Source: Octopus vulgaris
Lineage: Eukaryota
Length of the DNA stretch: 64,000 nt
Assembly (NCBI GenBank): GCA_951406725.2
Contig: OX597821.1
Coordinates: 27,962,001 to 28,026,000 of the forward strand
Reading direction: 5' to 3'
Position 1 is the first letter of the stretch, and every line of letters starts with the position of its first letter. A program made the translations under genes and the position numbers. Positions 41,292-54,624 of this stretch are shown here, piece after piece. Under the pieces are notes generated by a model. That model did no database searches. It had not been told where the DNA came from and saw only the letters and a program-made list of their open reading frames with translations.

Positions 41292-41499
41292 ATTTATATA
41301 CCGGAGTAAACACATAAATGTGAACAAGGTGGAAAGAAGAGCTCTCAGATACCAGAGGTAGAGTGATATGCTTTATTTAAAAGCAGCAGAAATTTAACAA
41401 AAGCTGTTACTCAGAGTTTCATGTTCCCGTTCGTCGGACATTTTTGAACGCGAAACTCCGGGTAACAGCTTTTGTTAACTTTCTGCTGCTTTTAAATAA
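41292..41499. mobile_element. Short asymmetric inverted pLTR element with HHR (41404-41441, minus)
   Basis: 41373-41426 mirrors 41446-41499. Minus: TGT-CCGACGA-ACGGGAACAT-GAAA-CTCTGAG-TA-ACA. Same family as 62650-62785. Confidence 0.8.
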
Positions 41500-41595
41500 T
41501 ATATATATATGTAGGTCCCGGGTTGAGTCGGGGTTAACCACAGTAAATAAGGTACTCAATACATTGCAGAGTAAAGTAATTTATTTTATAGAAGG

Positions 41596-41646
41596 AGCTT
41601 CTACAGGACTAGAACTGTTTCATTCAGATGAAATCTTCAGGAAGCT
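41596..41646 (-). ncRNA. Canonical type-I hammerhead ribozyme
   Basis: Exact reverse complement of 43107-43157. Confidence 0.88.
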
Positions 41647-42222
41647 GGCTGTCAAAATAAGTTCTGGTATTTATGCATTTAGGCAGATTTAATGAAGTGG
41701 TGGTGGGGGACGTTTTTTGGGTAGGTTGGTATTTAGGAGATAAACTGGCACTAGCTATTGTTCTTAGGGGTCGAAAGGCCAGAGTGTTTTTTGAAATGAG
41801 AAGAATCAGTGAGAAAATAAAAAAAAAATTTTTAATAATAAAATAATAAAATAAAAAATAATAAAAAATAATAATAAAAAAAAATAAATAAAATAAATAA
41901 AATAAAATAAAAAAAATATAAATAAATGAATAAATAGAATAAATGAATAGAAACAGACATATGGGATGGGATTTTAGGTAAATTAGAAGACGATTGCTTT
42001 TTGGTGGTCAAGAAGGGGTAGGCAGTTTGTTATTCTTAGGAGGAGGGAATAAATAGATAAATATACAAGAAAAAACAATAAAATATACATACAAACACAC
42101 ATACATACACATACATACATATATATATATATGCATACACATATATACATATATATACATACATACATACACATACGCATACACACATACACCTACATAC
42201 GCACACAAACACGCACATATAT

Positions 42223-42315
<93 letters not shown>

Positions 42316-42834
42316 CAAATACACATAAGTATACATACATAAATATACCCATATACATATAAACATATACATAATTATGCATACATAAACACATACATAA
42401 ATATATGTACACACAAACACACCCATAAACATATACACGCATATAAAAACACATGCGTATATAAAATTATATATAAGCATATAAAAGCATATATATGCAT
42501 ATAAATACATATATGCATATATAAATACACACATGCATATACATACATACACACATATATACATACATGCACATACATACACATACATACACATACATAC
42601 ACGTACATACATTTACACATCTACACATATACACATAAATATATATATACCCTACATAAATCTACATGTCCAAATATATATATATATATATATACACATA
42701 TATAAACATATATACATACATCCATACACAAATATACATGCATACACACATAAATTATTTACAAATACACATGTATATATAAATACACTTACGCATACAT
42801 AAATATATACATGCATATACACATACATACACAT

Positions 42835-42868
<34 letters not shown>

Positions 42869-43106
42869 TATTTTATTTTTTATCTTTTATTATTTTGTAT
42901 TTTTTATTATTTTATTATATTTTAATTTTTTTTTTCTCACTGATTCTTCTCATTTCAAAAAAACACTCTGGCCTTTCGACCAATCCCCTAAGAACAATAG
43001 CTAGTGCCAGTTTATCTCCTAAATACCAACCTACCCAAAAAGTCCCCCACCACCACTCCATTAAATCTGCCTAAATGCATAAATACCAGAACTTATTTTG
43101 TCAGCC

Positions 43107-43157
43107 AGCTTCCTGAAGATTTCATCTGAATGAAACAGTTCTAGTCCTGTAGAAGCT
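43107..43157 (+). ncRNA. Canonical type-I hammerhead ribozyme
   Basis: AGCTTC-CTGAAGA-T-TTCA(TC)TGAA-T-GAAA-CAG(TTCTAGTC)CTG-TA-GAAGCT. Perfect 6-bp stem I, full core and GUA triplet; predicted cleavage after 43151. Confidence 0.88.
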
Positions 43158-43189
43158 CCTTCTATAAAATAAATATATAAATATATATA

Positions 43190-43452
43190 TGTACATCGTG
43201 AATTATATTTGCCACCTTAATGTGACTAACCCATAAGGGAGGATGATACTGTAGCTTGTAGTCCCAAGAGGACACCTCCTACAGCTGGCTATTGACACAC
43301 TTTCTGTGTCCTATCAGTATTTACAAAGTGAAGCCATCCTTCTCATCTTAAATCTGACATGATACACACGGACTCGAGTTTCTAGGTATTGACCCGTCAT
43401 CAGCGTGTAACAATCACCGATTGTCGACGAAAAGTGGGTCTCCGATGCAAAT
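43190..43452 (-). mobile_element. About 260 bp solo HHR module between (TA)n tracts
   Basis: Non-microsatellite block bounded by (TA)n on both sides, containing HHR 43366-43408. Confidence 0.65.
43366..43408 (-). ncRNA. Canonical minimal type-I hammerhead ribozyme (GUC)
   Basis: ACACG-CTGATGA-C-GGGT(CAAT)ACCT-A-GAAA-CTCGAG-TC-CGTGT. Perfect stem I, palindromic stem III. Confidence 0.88.
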
Positions 43453-44190
43453 ATATATATCTTTTTTCCAGTGACGAATAGTCATTGATATTGAAAAAGT
43501 GTAAACAAGTAATAATAAATATGTGTGTGTATGTGTGTATGTGTGTGTGTGTGTGTGTAATATTTTGGACTAATGGGTAGATGTTCATTATGGTGTTGAA
43601 GAATTGTGTAAAGCATTAGCATGGTTTAGGCTTCCTAGTGTCACCTTTAAATGGCGTATATTTCCGTTTGATCTACGTTACGAATTCTGCCGTGTTAGTT
43701 GAGGTAACAACGGATGAAGTAACCAGAAAACGGGTATGGTATTAGTCCATATTTTTTACGACAATATTTTCGACTCATCCAGCTACTGTCCCGTATGCAT
43801 TGGTCTCTGTGCATTATGTTTTTTTGTACCCCTCTTTGCAGTGCGGGCCACTTAAGTACATCCGTACATAAAGTACCGTCCCGCTAACGTTCTTCAGTTA
43901 AGGTCGTCATGTTGTTACTTAATCAATTATATATATGTATGTATATATTTATATACATGTGCATGTGTGTGTACCTCTGTGTCTTTATCTTAATATCTTC
44001 CTACCTTGACGTCGGGCAATAGTTGAAAGCACGTAATATGTTCTTTCTTTCTAATATTCACATAATCACGTTAGTGCATGGCAAACAGTACTTTACCTGG
44101 AAACATGTGAGGAATGGGCACAGGTAAGTTATTCGGCTGTGCAGGGTCTGTCTGATCTATATCAGTATGGATAAGAGGATGCTTCATATC

Positions 44191-44234
<44 letters not shown>

Positions 44235-44942
44235 ATATCAATATACACATAAATAGATATTGTTTTGAATTTGTGTGAATGTATATAAAATAGTACATCA
44301 TGGGACTAAAGTTAAAATACTCTGGTTTTCACGTTTTTTTTATTATGGTATTTTAACATTAAAACAATATATATGAGTATTAAAAAATTTTTTTTATGTT
44401 AAAATACCTTTTTTAGGAAGCAAGTTTGTTATCACACAGCCACGCCTGTGCCTATGATATAATAAATATATATACACAAATAGAAAAATGTATTGCAGAT
44501 AAATGACACGTAAAAAAACGTATATTGAGAGCACCAACAGACATAAGACAGACATCGGATGCTCCTACTTCTTGATCAGTTATCAAGCAGATCGTATTAC
44601 TCTTTCCGAGAGGTCCATCATGTTGGCAGTGCCCGCGAGAGTTTACGGAGAATATAGAACGAATATTAATAAATACATGGTTAACAAGCGATACGGGAGT
44701 GGACATACGAAATGTAATTGAAGATGATGCACGAAGGACAAAGAGGAAATAAATAAGAAACGAGCGAAATATATCCTCAGGGCCAAAAAGACACGAATGA
44801 TGTGTTATTCTTAGATGGAATCCTAAAGGATTACAAATACAACAAATAAGAAGAGGTGCCAGTGGGCGGGACACAGAGAAATCAGGACCGGTCAGCCACG
44901 CGACCGGTGTAAAAAATGGAGAGAAAGAAAGGCTGGTCACGG

Positions 44943-45566
44943 GAACCCATTTCTCGTCACCAGTCACTATTCGGTCCAAAACAGGTTCATTCATGTGACG
45001 TGACATCATAGAAGAGCACACATTCACTCTGTACGTTATTAGATTCTGAAACTTTCTGAGGTACACATTGACTCAATTTACTGACACGCAGGTGTAGATA
45101 AATGGCTGAATGACAAACTCCAAGCTGCCCTGCTAGTTCCTCAACAGTTACGATATAATTTTGTTCTATCAGGGTTTCTAGAATGTCCACGTCGAGCTCT
45201 ACAGTGCTTCCAGGTCGAGGGCCGTCTTCTAGGTAGTAGCATCTGGATGAGAATTTCTGGAACCACCGTTGACACTGGCTTGCGTTTATTGACCAATCGC
45301 CAAATACTGCATTAAAATTCCTTGCACTTTCCGTTGCGCTGTTGCTTTTATTGAACTCATAATACAAATATGCCGAATATACTCCTTTGTCATTGTATTA
45401 TAGCTTTGAAAACATGATTGTTGTAATTGAGCCGCACTCTTCAAAACTTGCACCAAGAATAAGGACAATGTAAAATTGCTACCTGCTTTTATAACAAGTT
45501 GATGCAGGTAATGTATTCCGTTCACCTCTGTCTTTTAGCTCATGCATTATTTATGGGATGACACAA
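44943..45566 (-). mobile_element. 5' half of a decayed mariner
   Basis: 5' TIR TTGTGTCATCCCATAAATAATGC, HTH region (ORF 44987-45367) and DRIVTGDEKWV, then truncation. Confidence 0.85.
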
Positions 45567-45707
45567 TATATGCGTTAAACTACAGCATCAGAGTATTTTA
45601 GGCCGAATTTCTAGCAGTATAAGTGTTTCTAACACCCTAGTCACACCTAGTGACAATTGTAATCCTCCTTTCTTATGAAACATTGCAAACTGCTGTTTAC
45701 ATTATAT

Positions 45708-45766
<59 letters not shown>

Positions 45767-45771
<5 letters not shown>

Positions 45772-45950
45772 AAACTTTACGAAAAAAACGAAGACAGGTG
45801 GTGTACAAAACAAACAGATGTATTAGTATAACGCTCAGGAATAGAAAAAAGTATTTTACGTTTCGAGCCTATGCTCTTCTACAGAAAGGTACTCAGAAAA
45901 AACAAGGAGAGAAAAAATGTGTGTAGTGGCTCACGATCTATCATGGCGAT
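45767..45950 (-). mobile_element. About 185 bp HHR-like mini-element (CTGTAGA core variant)
   Basis: Minus 45853-45888: CTTT-CTGTAGA-A-GAGC(ATAG)GCTC-GAAA-CG-TA-AAAT. Homologous to 55464-55672 and 56768-56900. Confidence 0.75.
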
Positions 45951-45963
45951 ACACACACACACA

Positions 45964-46007
<44 letters not shown>

Positions 46008-46008
<1 letters not shown>

Positions 46009-46898
46009 GAGATTTGATCAAAAAGTATTCGGACTGTTGCCATAGTAACAAAGCTAAAGAAGGCAGAATATAGTTGCTTTACACAGATTGACCTTGGAAT
46101 CCGCTGTGCATGTATACTAAGTTTTAACGTTCTAGCTCACTTCTGCTGTTTACAGCAGAGCTTGTAAGAATGGTGTATAATGTGTAATCGTGGCATTCAC
46201 CATGACAGAAGAACTTGCCATGGCGATACCTGCTCAGAGGCCTAAGCAAAGTTGCAGAAAGTGTATGGAGAGGAGTGTATGAGTTGCACACAAGTATACG
46301 AAGTATACGAGTAGTTCAGACATTTCCAAGATGACAGAAAAAGTGTCGATATTGACAAATGTTCTGGAAGGCCCGAAACAAGCAGAACTGAGAAAAGCAT
46401 CGCAGATGTGACTGCAGCTATGAGGGTAAATCGTCGAGTCACCATCTGTGAGTTATCAGAGGATGTGCAGATTAGTTACGATTCAGTCCAGTACATTATC
46501 ACTGAAGACTTGGTTATGAGACACATGTTTGCTAAGTTTGTGCCAAAACTGCTTTCAGCTGACCAAAAAGTCAATCGGGTTTCAGTTACACAAGATCTTG
46601 ATTGTGTCGAGAACAATGAAAACTTTTCGAAAACTCTGCCTAGGCCTCTGAACAGGTATCGCCAAGATTTTGGCAAAATTTGATACAGATTCTCTGCTCA
46701 ACTTTTTCTGCCATGGTCAATGTGACGATCACACGCTCCTCACATTTCTCCTCCCAAGCACTGCTGTAAACAGCAGAAGTGTGATAGGACGCTAACATTT
46801 TGTGTCTATGTACAGCAGCATTGAAGGTCAATCTGCGCTTCACTTAGCGTACTTCAGCTTTATTACTCTGGTAACAGTCTGGAAATTTATTAATCAGA
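46008..46898. mobile_element. Non-autonomous mariner derivative made of two inverted 5' ends
   Basis: 46008-46245 mirrors 46640-46898. The plus strand continues into transposase sequence (RRVTICELSE..AKFVPKLL). The minus arm encodes MAEKVEQRICIKFC. Confidence 0.8.
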
Positions 46899-46977
46899 GA
46901 GAGAGGGAGAGAGAGCGCGCGATTGATATATAGATAGGTAGATAGTTATAGATAGATATAGATAACTATACATATAA

Positions 46978-47192
46978 ATATGTGTGTCTGTGTTTGTCCC
47001 CCTAGCATTGCTTGACAACCGGTGCTGGTGTGTTTATGTCCCCGTCAATTAGCGGTTCGGCAAAAGAGGCCGATAGAATAAGTACTGGGCTTAAAAAGAA
47101 CAAGTCCAAGGGTCGAATTGCTCGATTAAAGGCGGTGCTCCAGCATGGCCGCAGTCAAAATGACTGAAAGAAGTAAAAAGAAAAAGAAAAAG
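46978..47192 (+). mobile_element. 3' half of the CORE-type SINE
   Basis: Homologous to 34410-34618. Confidence 0.85.
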
Positions 47193-47237
47193 AATACACA
47201 TACTCACACACAGACACACACACTCAGACACAAACAA

Positions 47238-47325
<88 letters not shown>

Positions 47326-48592
47326 TCAAGTGTCTTTATGTATGTGTATATGTTCGTGTACAAGTGCTTTTGAATGTGAAAAAGTGAACTCGTGCGAAAA
47401 GCATGACTTTTGGCTGTCCATTAAAACTGTTCCCGTTTCCTCAACGTGAATCAGCGCTCTACTTCTTCTAAAATACAACTTAGATGTAGTGTATTAAGAT
47501 TTTATATATTTGCTCAAAAAAAAACTGACGAAGAGGATTTTGCCGAAATAATATAAAATATCTACAAGAATTGTGAAAAAAAAAAAAAATTAGAAAGTGA
47601 ATAATGCGATGCAACTCGTAAAATGTATGAATATGAGAAATATAACTGTAGATAGAAGAAGAAAAAAGAAGTCAATAAATAACTAAAAGCAAAAAGACAA
47701 AGAAAGAAAAGATTGAATGGGAGCTGCATATGCAGAGTTAATATGACTGGAAGTTGACAAAAATTCAAACACGAAAGCGGAAAGGAGCAAAGTGTTATGG
47801 TGACATATCCGATAATCGGAAAGTATAGTAAAATACTTCGTTCTCACACACATGAAATTTAAATGAAACCTATTTCTGATTTGGAAACAAAAATACAAAA
47901 ATGAAAAGCAGCGATCAATGATTACTGTCGATTCAGTGTCTGCCCAAAGGTTTTAACTGCAAATAGCATGAATCCGTGATCGTAAACCGTTGCTGAATTT
48001 CCCCTCAAATTGATAAAAGCCTACAGTTTAAATACGCTATTGACACAGTATCTCTGTTGCTGTTCACCTTCTGATCAGCTTAGCTCTATGTGAGCTCGCG
48101 AGGCTGTTATTTCATGTTATTGACGATTAAGCATCCATAAAATAAAGTGAACAAATATATAAATATGCTACTAGTAAGGTATCCATATATGTCAAAACCT
48201 TTCCAGTCAAACACGTGAATAGATACATGCATGTTCGCTCTCTGACTTGTTTGATTATTTTTGTTCGGCCACATCCCGGAGGGAAGGAAGAAAAAAGGAA
48301 ATTTGTTCTCGTCTCTTGAGTAAGTGTTTATCCTTTTAATCTATTTAATCTATTTATCTATTCATCTTTATAAACACTTATATATATATATATATATACG
48401 TATATTTTTATAAACAAATAATAACGCGTCGAGTGAGTGACATTTTTCAAAATGAAAAAGTCAAGGACGCAAAAAATAACTATGGGAATAGTCTCACAGG
48501 TACAGAGTTCGATTCTCTAGAAAGATGCTGACTATATTATTGTGTTTATAGGCATAGTTTACTTGATTTTCTAAAGGTATTTTCACAACTAT

Positions 48593-48992
48593 CAAGGCGG
48601 TGAGCTGGCAGAAACCTTAGCACGCCGGGCGAAATGCGTAGCCGTATCTCGTCTGCCGTTACGTTCTGAGTTCAAATTCCGCCGAGGACGACTTTGCCCT
48701 TCATTCTTTCGGGGTCGATAAATTAAGTACCACTTACACACTGGGGTCGATGTAATCGGCTTAATCCATTTGTATGTCCTTGTTTGTACCCTCTGTGTTT
48801 AGCCCCTTGTGGATAGTAAAGAAATTGGTATTTCGTCTGTCTATACGTTCTGAGTTCAAATTCCGCTTAGGTCGACTTTGCCTTTCATCATTTCGGGGTC
48901 GATAAATTAAGTATCATTTGTGTACTGGAGTCGATCTACTCGACTGGCTCCGTCCCCAAATATTTTGGGCCTTGAGCTTAGAGTAGAAAACT
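48593..48992 (+). mobile_element. tRNA-derived SINE with Meta-like domain and duplicated body
   Basis: Same head and tandem unit as 38486-38908, followed by the 3' tail GGGCCTTG.GCTTAGAGTAGAAAA. Confidence 0.9.
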
Positions 48993-49113
48993 ATAGAAGC
49001 CCAGGTGCTTTGAATTACGTTACTTCATAAATGAAAACATCTATTACATATAAACAGACGACAGGTAAAAATGTTTAGCGTTTGTGGGTTACTACAACTA
49101 CTAACTCTTTCTT

Positions 49114-49145
<32 letters not shown>

Positions 49146-49152
49146 TCTATGC

Positions 49153-49222
<70 letters not shown>

Positions 49223-49258
49223 TATAACACACACACACATATATTTAATATATATATG

Positions 49259-49298
<40 letters not shown>

Positions 49299-51197
49299 TA
49301 TTGTGTGTGTGTGTGAGTATGTAGGTGTATATGTGTGTGCTTGCGCGAGTGTGTGTGAAATAAGAGATAGTCATGCAGACATGCATATAGGTACAAGGCT
49401 GTACATGTCTTGGGAGTACGTATTTCTAAAATAGAGACTGGCTATCTTCTTAGGGACTACTCATTATTTACCGTCACTGGGCATCTTATATTTCTTGCTA
49501 TCATTAGAAAACTTATATTCAGGCTAAAATTTGTTGCATATCTTTTATGTTCCGTCGATGGTGCCAGAGTAACCATTTTATCGACCGTGCTCTCCTGCAG
49601 CGACTAGTAGAATCACATGTGGAACAAAACGTAATTGCTACAATATACATCTCATCATTTTACGATAGATATCTCACATAAAGCTGCAGTCGTTATACTG
49701 TTTTTGTGTTAATATAAAATATGTCTACAATTAGAACACACAGATCTATGCACAAATAAAGAGAGGTAGGTAGATATTCCGTGTTGAGTGTAGTTATCTT
49801 TCATAAAACGTAGATGGAACAACAAGAAAAGAGGGAAGGAAATGCTTATCACAAAGCGAGCCAGAAACCGAAGTACTATCACGCACCCGCCAAAAGTACG
49901 AAACGTTGTGTGTTTTCACCGGTTTCATATAATATTGATATCAGAGTAAATGACTGCAGAAAAGTGCCGCCTTAGAAATATTGTTTCGGCTTTTGAATAA
50001 ATTAATTATGCTGATGCCCTTGTGTTATATAATATGCCTCATTCTACTATCAGAAAACACTGAAAAAAAAAAAAAAAATAAAAAACATTTGCTTACAATT
50101 ACCATATATTTGCCGCAGATCAAATTAAAAGAGTATTGTTGCATATATTTGTAAAATGCCTTTATTGCGCAGAAGACACGTCCTGCGAAGCTTTATTTAT
50201 CTTTGGAAATGAATAAGAAAATCGAAGAATATGCTTTTGCCGAAAACGATAATCGACGGATATGTGAGGAAAGGATATTTCGGTTTGTAATATAAGTTTA
50301 TTATAACACGTCAAAATATGTATACGAAGAAACCTGCATTTCGGATTAGCGGTTAGTTATGATTCAAACTGCCATAACGAAAATATAACCTACATTTAAT
50401 ATTGAATATTCTATGTGGTTTGTACCAGTTGTTACCTTGGCATTCCCTTGTAGACAAACATTTCAAAGGAAGATTCTAATCTTTTGCAGCCACAGTATAG
50501 GAGGTGCATCCAGATGCCCACAAAATTGATTTGTATTTATACATCACTTTGAACGCGTGAATATCTTTAATGTTCAGATTTGAGGAAGAACAAGGTTTTA
50601 ATGAAGTGTGGTTTACGCTGAATAAATACAGAATAGTTTTCTGTCATGAAAACAGGCATCTTCGTATGATATAATAAAGAACACACTAAAACGATGAGAT
50701 TGAGGAGTCTAACGAGTCTGAATCCAATTTCTAGCATGTGAGGAACAAAGACAATAGGTACAAGTGATGAGTAGAGTGCAGTCCATGCCAATCCATGTTC
50801 GGTACAAACGAGTAAACGTCAGATACGGCGAAGTTTTTGTTGAACTACCGTAAGCTCCACAGAAATATGCCGTGATCAGATTCACCTCTGATAAAGATAT
50901 CCTCAAACAGAACAGGAAGAGCATTATATCACTGATTTTATGTAAGCTGTTAATGTGTGTGGATAGTAAGGATTTCTGCAATAACAGGAAATACATTTGT
51001 CTGTAAGATAAGGAGCGTTAAGTGTATTTATAGAGTCAGTTGCAAAGGTGTTGTTGACATCGTATGTAGCGGACAACTTACCAGTGATGCCATCAGTAGC
51101 AATGTATTTGTGCTCAGTAGCTGAAATTTTTCACAGGAACGTGTACGACCGTGCAAATGTAATATTTCCGATTTTCTGTAGAAAACATATTGTTGAA

Positions 51198-51589
51198 TAT
51201 ATTGTGTGAAAAGTCTGGCTGCATCCGAAAAAATATATATTATGAAACAAAAATAAACACAAAATGTATTACACGAATCTGTTACTACCACAACAGTCAA
51301 CTATTTGACGCCGAACACGAGTTTGATGTTGAATACATCCACGAATTTCCCGCTCAGATAGCTCTTCCCAAGACTGCAAGACGGCTTCGTGCAATTCATG
51401 ACTCGTTGTAGGATTTTTCAGTTCAACTTTATCGGCCAAAACTTTGAAATTGCCTTCATCTAATGGATTCCACGTGTAAACATGTGTTGAATACAACTCA
51501 CTGAATAAATCTTAATTAACTGTGTTGTGAATTGTATGCACCTGACATATGCTAACGTGTATACAGCCAGAATTTTCACACAGAGGATA
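51198..51589 (-). mobile_element. Internally deleted Tc1/mariner-superfamily element retaining the transposase C-terminus
   Basis: IR TGTGTGAAAAGTCTGGCTGCA (51203-51223) and TACAGCCAGAATTTTCACACA (51562-51582). Enclosed peptide NPLDEGNFKVL..PTTSHELHEAVLQSWEEL..IVDCCGSNRF. Confidence 0.65.
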
Positions 51590-52230
51590 CTTATTTTCCA
51601 GGTTTACGATTTCTATTTGACCCGTTCCTCAGCTTCTACAGATATTGTGATAAAGTAGTGGAGATTTTCCATGAGTGCCGTTTGCTTTATTTGTGATGAT
51701 AATATAATTTCTTTCGTTAAGACATTGATGTTACATTAGAGTGCTTGCTTTTTGGGCAACTGCTCTTTCCTCAGAAAATATGCCGTGGCCTGTTTCTCGT
51801 AGCATGTATTTGGATATGGGTCTACATTTAAGTTCCCATAATATTTACACAGTTTTAGCTATCCTATGCATTGATGTATCTGAAGAGCACTTTGATTTAC
51901 GACAAAGAGAGGAAATTGCAGGTTATAATATATTTTACGTTTATTGTATAGCGGTGCTAACTATGGTTTCTTTTTCCTGTTTCTATAAATCAGTGCACTT
52001 CCAGTAGTATTGTGCCATTGTAGTCGCCTATTAATGCCTTATTCTCGTAGGGTACGTGTCGATTAAACACGATGATGTCTCAGGAAGTGTTAATTACCAT
52101 TCATTTATGTTGGCAACTAAACTAGTTCATGGTCATGTAAATGGCTGGTTTGAGACCGTATTTATATTAAATATATACACATTACGCTTTTCAGAGAGCG
52201 CCTACGTCATTCTGGTTAATACTTATATCA

Positions 52231-52558
52231 AGTGAGGGCGCGTGGCTTAGTGGTTAGGGCATTCGGCTCATGATCGTAAGGTTGTGAGTTCGATTCCCGG
52301 CGACGCGTTGTGTCCTTGAGCAAGACACTTTATTTCACGTTGCTCCAGTCCACTCAGCTGGCAAAAATGAGTTGTACTTGTATTTCAAAGGGTCAGCCTT
52401 GTCACTCTCTGTGTCACGCTGATTATCCCCGAGAACTACATTAAGGGTACACGTGTCTGTGGAATGCTCAGCCATTTGCACGTTAATTTCACGAGCAAGC
52501 TGTTCCGTTGATCGTATCAGCTGGGACCCTCGTCGTCGTAACCGGCGGAGTCTTTTTA
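52231..52558 (+). mobile_element. Full-length tRNA-derived SINE with 13-bp TSD
   Basis: TGGCTTAGTGG A box, GAGTTCGATTCC B box and GTGTCCTTGAGCAAGACACT domain. TSD AATACTTATATCA at 52218-52230 and 52559-52571. Confidence 0.93.
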
Positions 52559-54535
52559 AATACTTATATCAGGGAAATTCTCCAGTTAAGTAATGATAGT
52601 TGTTTTCTTGTGAAATTAAGTAATTATTCAATCAAATAAGATCATTAAATTTTCATCGCTATACAATTCGTTCTGACATCAGTATAACAGCCTTTGTCAA
52701 TAGTATGTGCTCTATTTCTAAGCATATCAAATACAAGTATAGAATGGGGACGACAACTTGTTTGCAACATTCATCGCATAGAAATGCAGAGAAATGTCAA
52801 ACATCAGCATTCATGAGGCACCGTCATAAACGCTTTCAATATAATATTGATATCCGTTTCAATAATATTAGTTAATGTTTTAACAGATACTAATTAATTT
52901 TGGTGAGAGAAGTAGTGTATATGTTGAATTAGGGATCTAGATAGCCTTGTGTGCTCGAATGTTAAATCATGATGCACGGCTGATATCTCACTGTAGGAAA
53001 CTTGTAGTGTTTCTAACCTATATGATTATGTAGACTACGATGTTCTTAAAAGTTATTTTCAGTTTGTTTGAAGATGGATTTATTTTCCTACATATGTGTA
53101 TAAAAAAAATAGTTTTCGGTTCTTTTATATGAGATGGACTGTTTGAAAAGTCGCATAAGTACATAATTCAACATCTATTTTTCATAGAAAGTCTAGTATT
53201 TATTATTTCTGGCCTACATTGTAAGAGTTGCCCCTTTTTTCTTCGTTTTATTAATGCTGTCCTATACTGTGGTGTAATACAGAATTACTTTAACTTAGAT
53301 AGCAAAGATATGTTTCGACCAAAGATTGGCCCAAAGTCTAACTTAATAGCACCACTATATACTTTCTACACATGTTTAACTTTATAGAAAATAGATTTCA
53401 TCTTAGGAACGGGTAACTATTGACAATATAATTCATACGAATTCTCAGTAAAATATACCTTGCAAAGTTATGCTGCATATTTGTCTCTAAACATCACTTG
53501 AACAATAACTTGTCTTCACCGGTTTCTTCTTCATTACAAGATATTCACGTAAGTGAATATCGCTCCCACAAATTTTGCTTTTCATCATATTTTATGCTCA
53601 TTTCCAAGGTCGTAAATGAGCAGTTACTTCATATTAGTTTCACGGTAGACATCTTCACAGACGAAAGTAGTGTAGCCTATAGCAACAATGGTCTGCAAGT
53701 TAAGCAAAATTAGTTTTACATAATATTGCTAGATCTCTGCGTTCCAATCTGAACCTAATACACTTTGTCTTGCGAGGAACAGATTTTTTTGCTAATTACT
53801 ACATTAGAACGTGATCTCTAGTAAATTAGGGGTATCATGAGCGAAAGGAACCCTACAGTTTGTTTATAATTGTCAGTATAAAAATACATAATATGTTTCT
53901 TGACATTAAAATTGCCAGGTGATCTGTGGTTTCAGTGACATTTGAGAACAAATATCCAATAAGGCTCATATCAAAATATTTTCAGTATTTTAGAAAATAC
54001 AAGATAAATCAGACAGGTAATAAATATTTCAAACAATCAGCAGAATTTGCAATGTCTGTAGAGTTCTACTACATTTATTGCTGGACCTGTATTTCCGAAA
54101 TAATTTCGATCAGAGTTTGCGCTTATATCAGCATTCATTTTGTTCAAAATATTATATAATTCTGTCAGATATTATCATTGTTTTGTTATTTGTTTCGAAT
54201 GTGCCCAATGCAGGATTCCATGTTTTAAAATTCAACAGAAAGCATGTACTTCAATTTGCTTCCGGGGGTTAATTCTGTTTTCCATTTATAATTTGTAAAC
54301 ATTGATCGGGAAATAATTGTACATAAAATTGTATATATTAAACATTAACTTTTAAATTCTAATTAATCCAAATGCATACATAATAGAATTTGTACATACA
54401 TATGCACGCATAATTACGTGCTGGTTTTTTCTATGAAAGAACAGCAATTTCTGAAAGGTGACACAGAAAATGTGACGAACAATCAATGGATTCACATTCC
54501 CACATATTTTTAAATATACATACATATATATATAT

Positions 54536-54599
<64 letters not shown>

Positions 54600-54624
54600 G
54601 TATATAAGTGTATAAAAGTAAAAT

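Larger units (their letters stand above)
41512..43174. mobile_element. Young inverted pLTR pair (about 300 bp near-identical arms), each with an intact HHR
   Basis: 41579-41900 mirrors 42869-43174 with few differences. Tail 41512-41578 is on the left arm only. The spacer is mostly (TACA/TA)n. Confidence 0.92.

Noticed and set aside
44452-45066. 204-aa ORF containing DRIVTGDEKWV
   Set aside because: Chance read-through from a truncated mariner into an unrelated repeat, not a fusion gene.
52234-52305. tRNA-like sequence (also 9655-9725 and 34219-34290)
   Set aside because: No acceptor stem closure; continues into a SINE body, with a TSD at 52231-52558.
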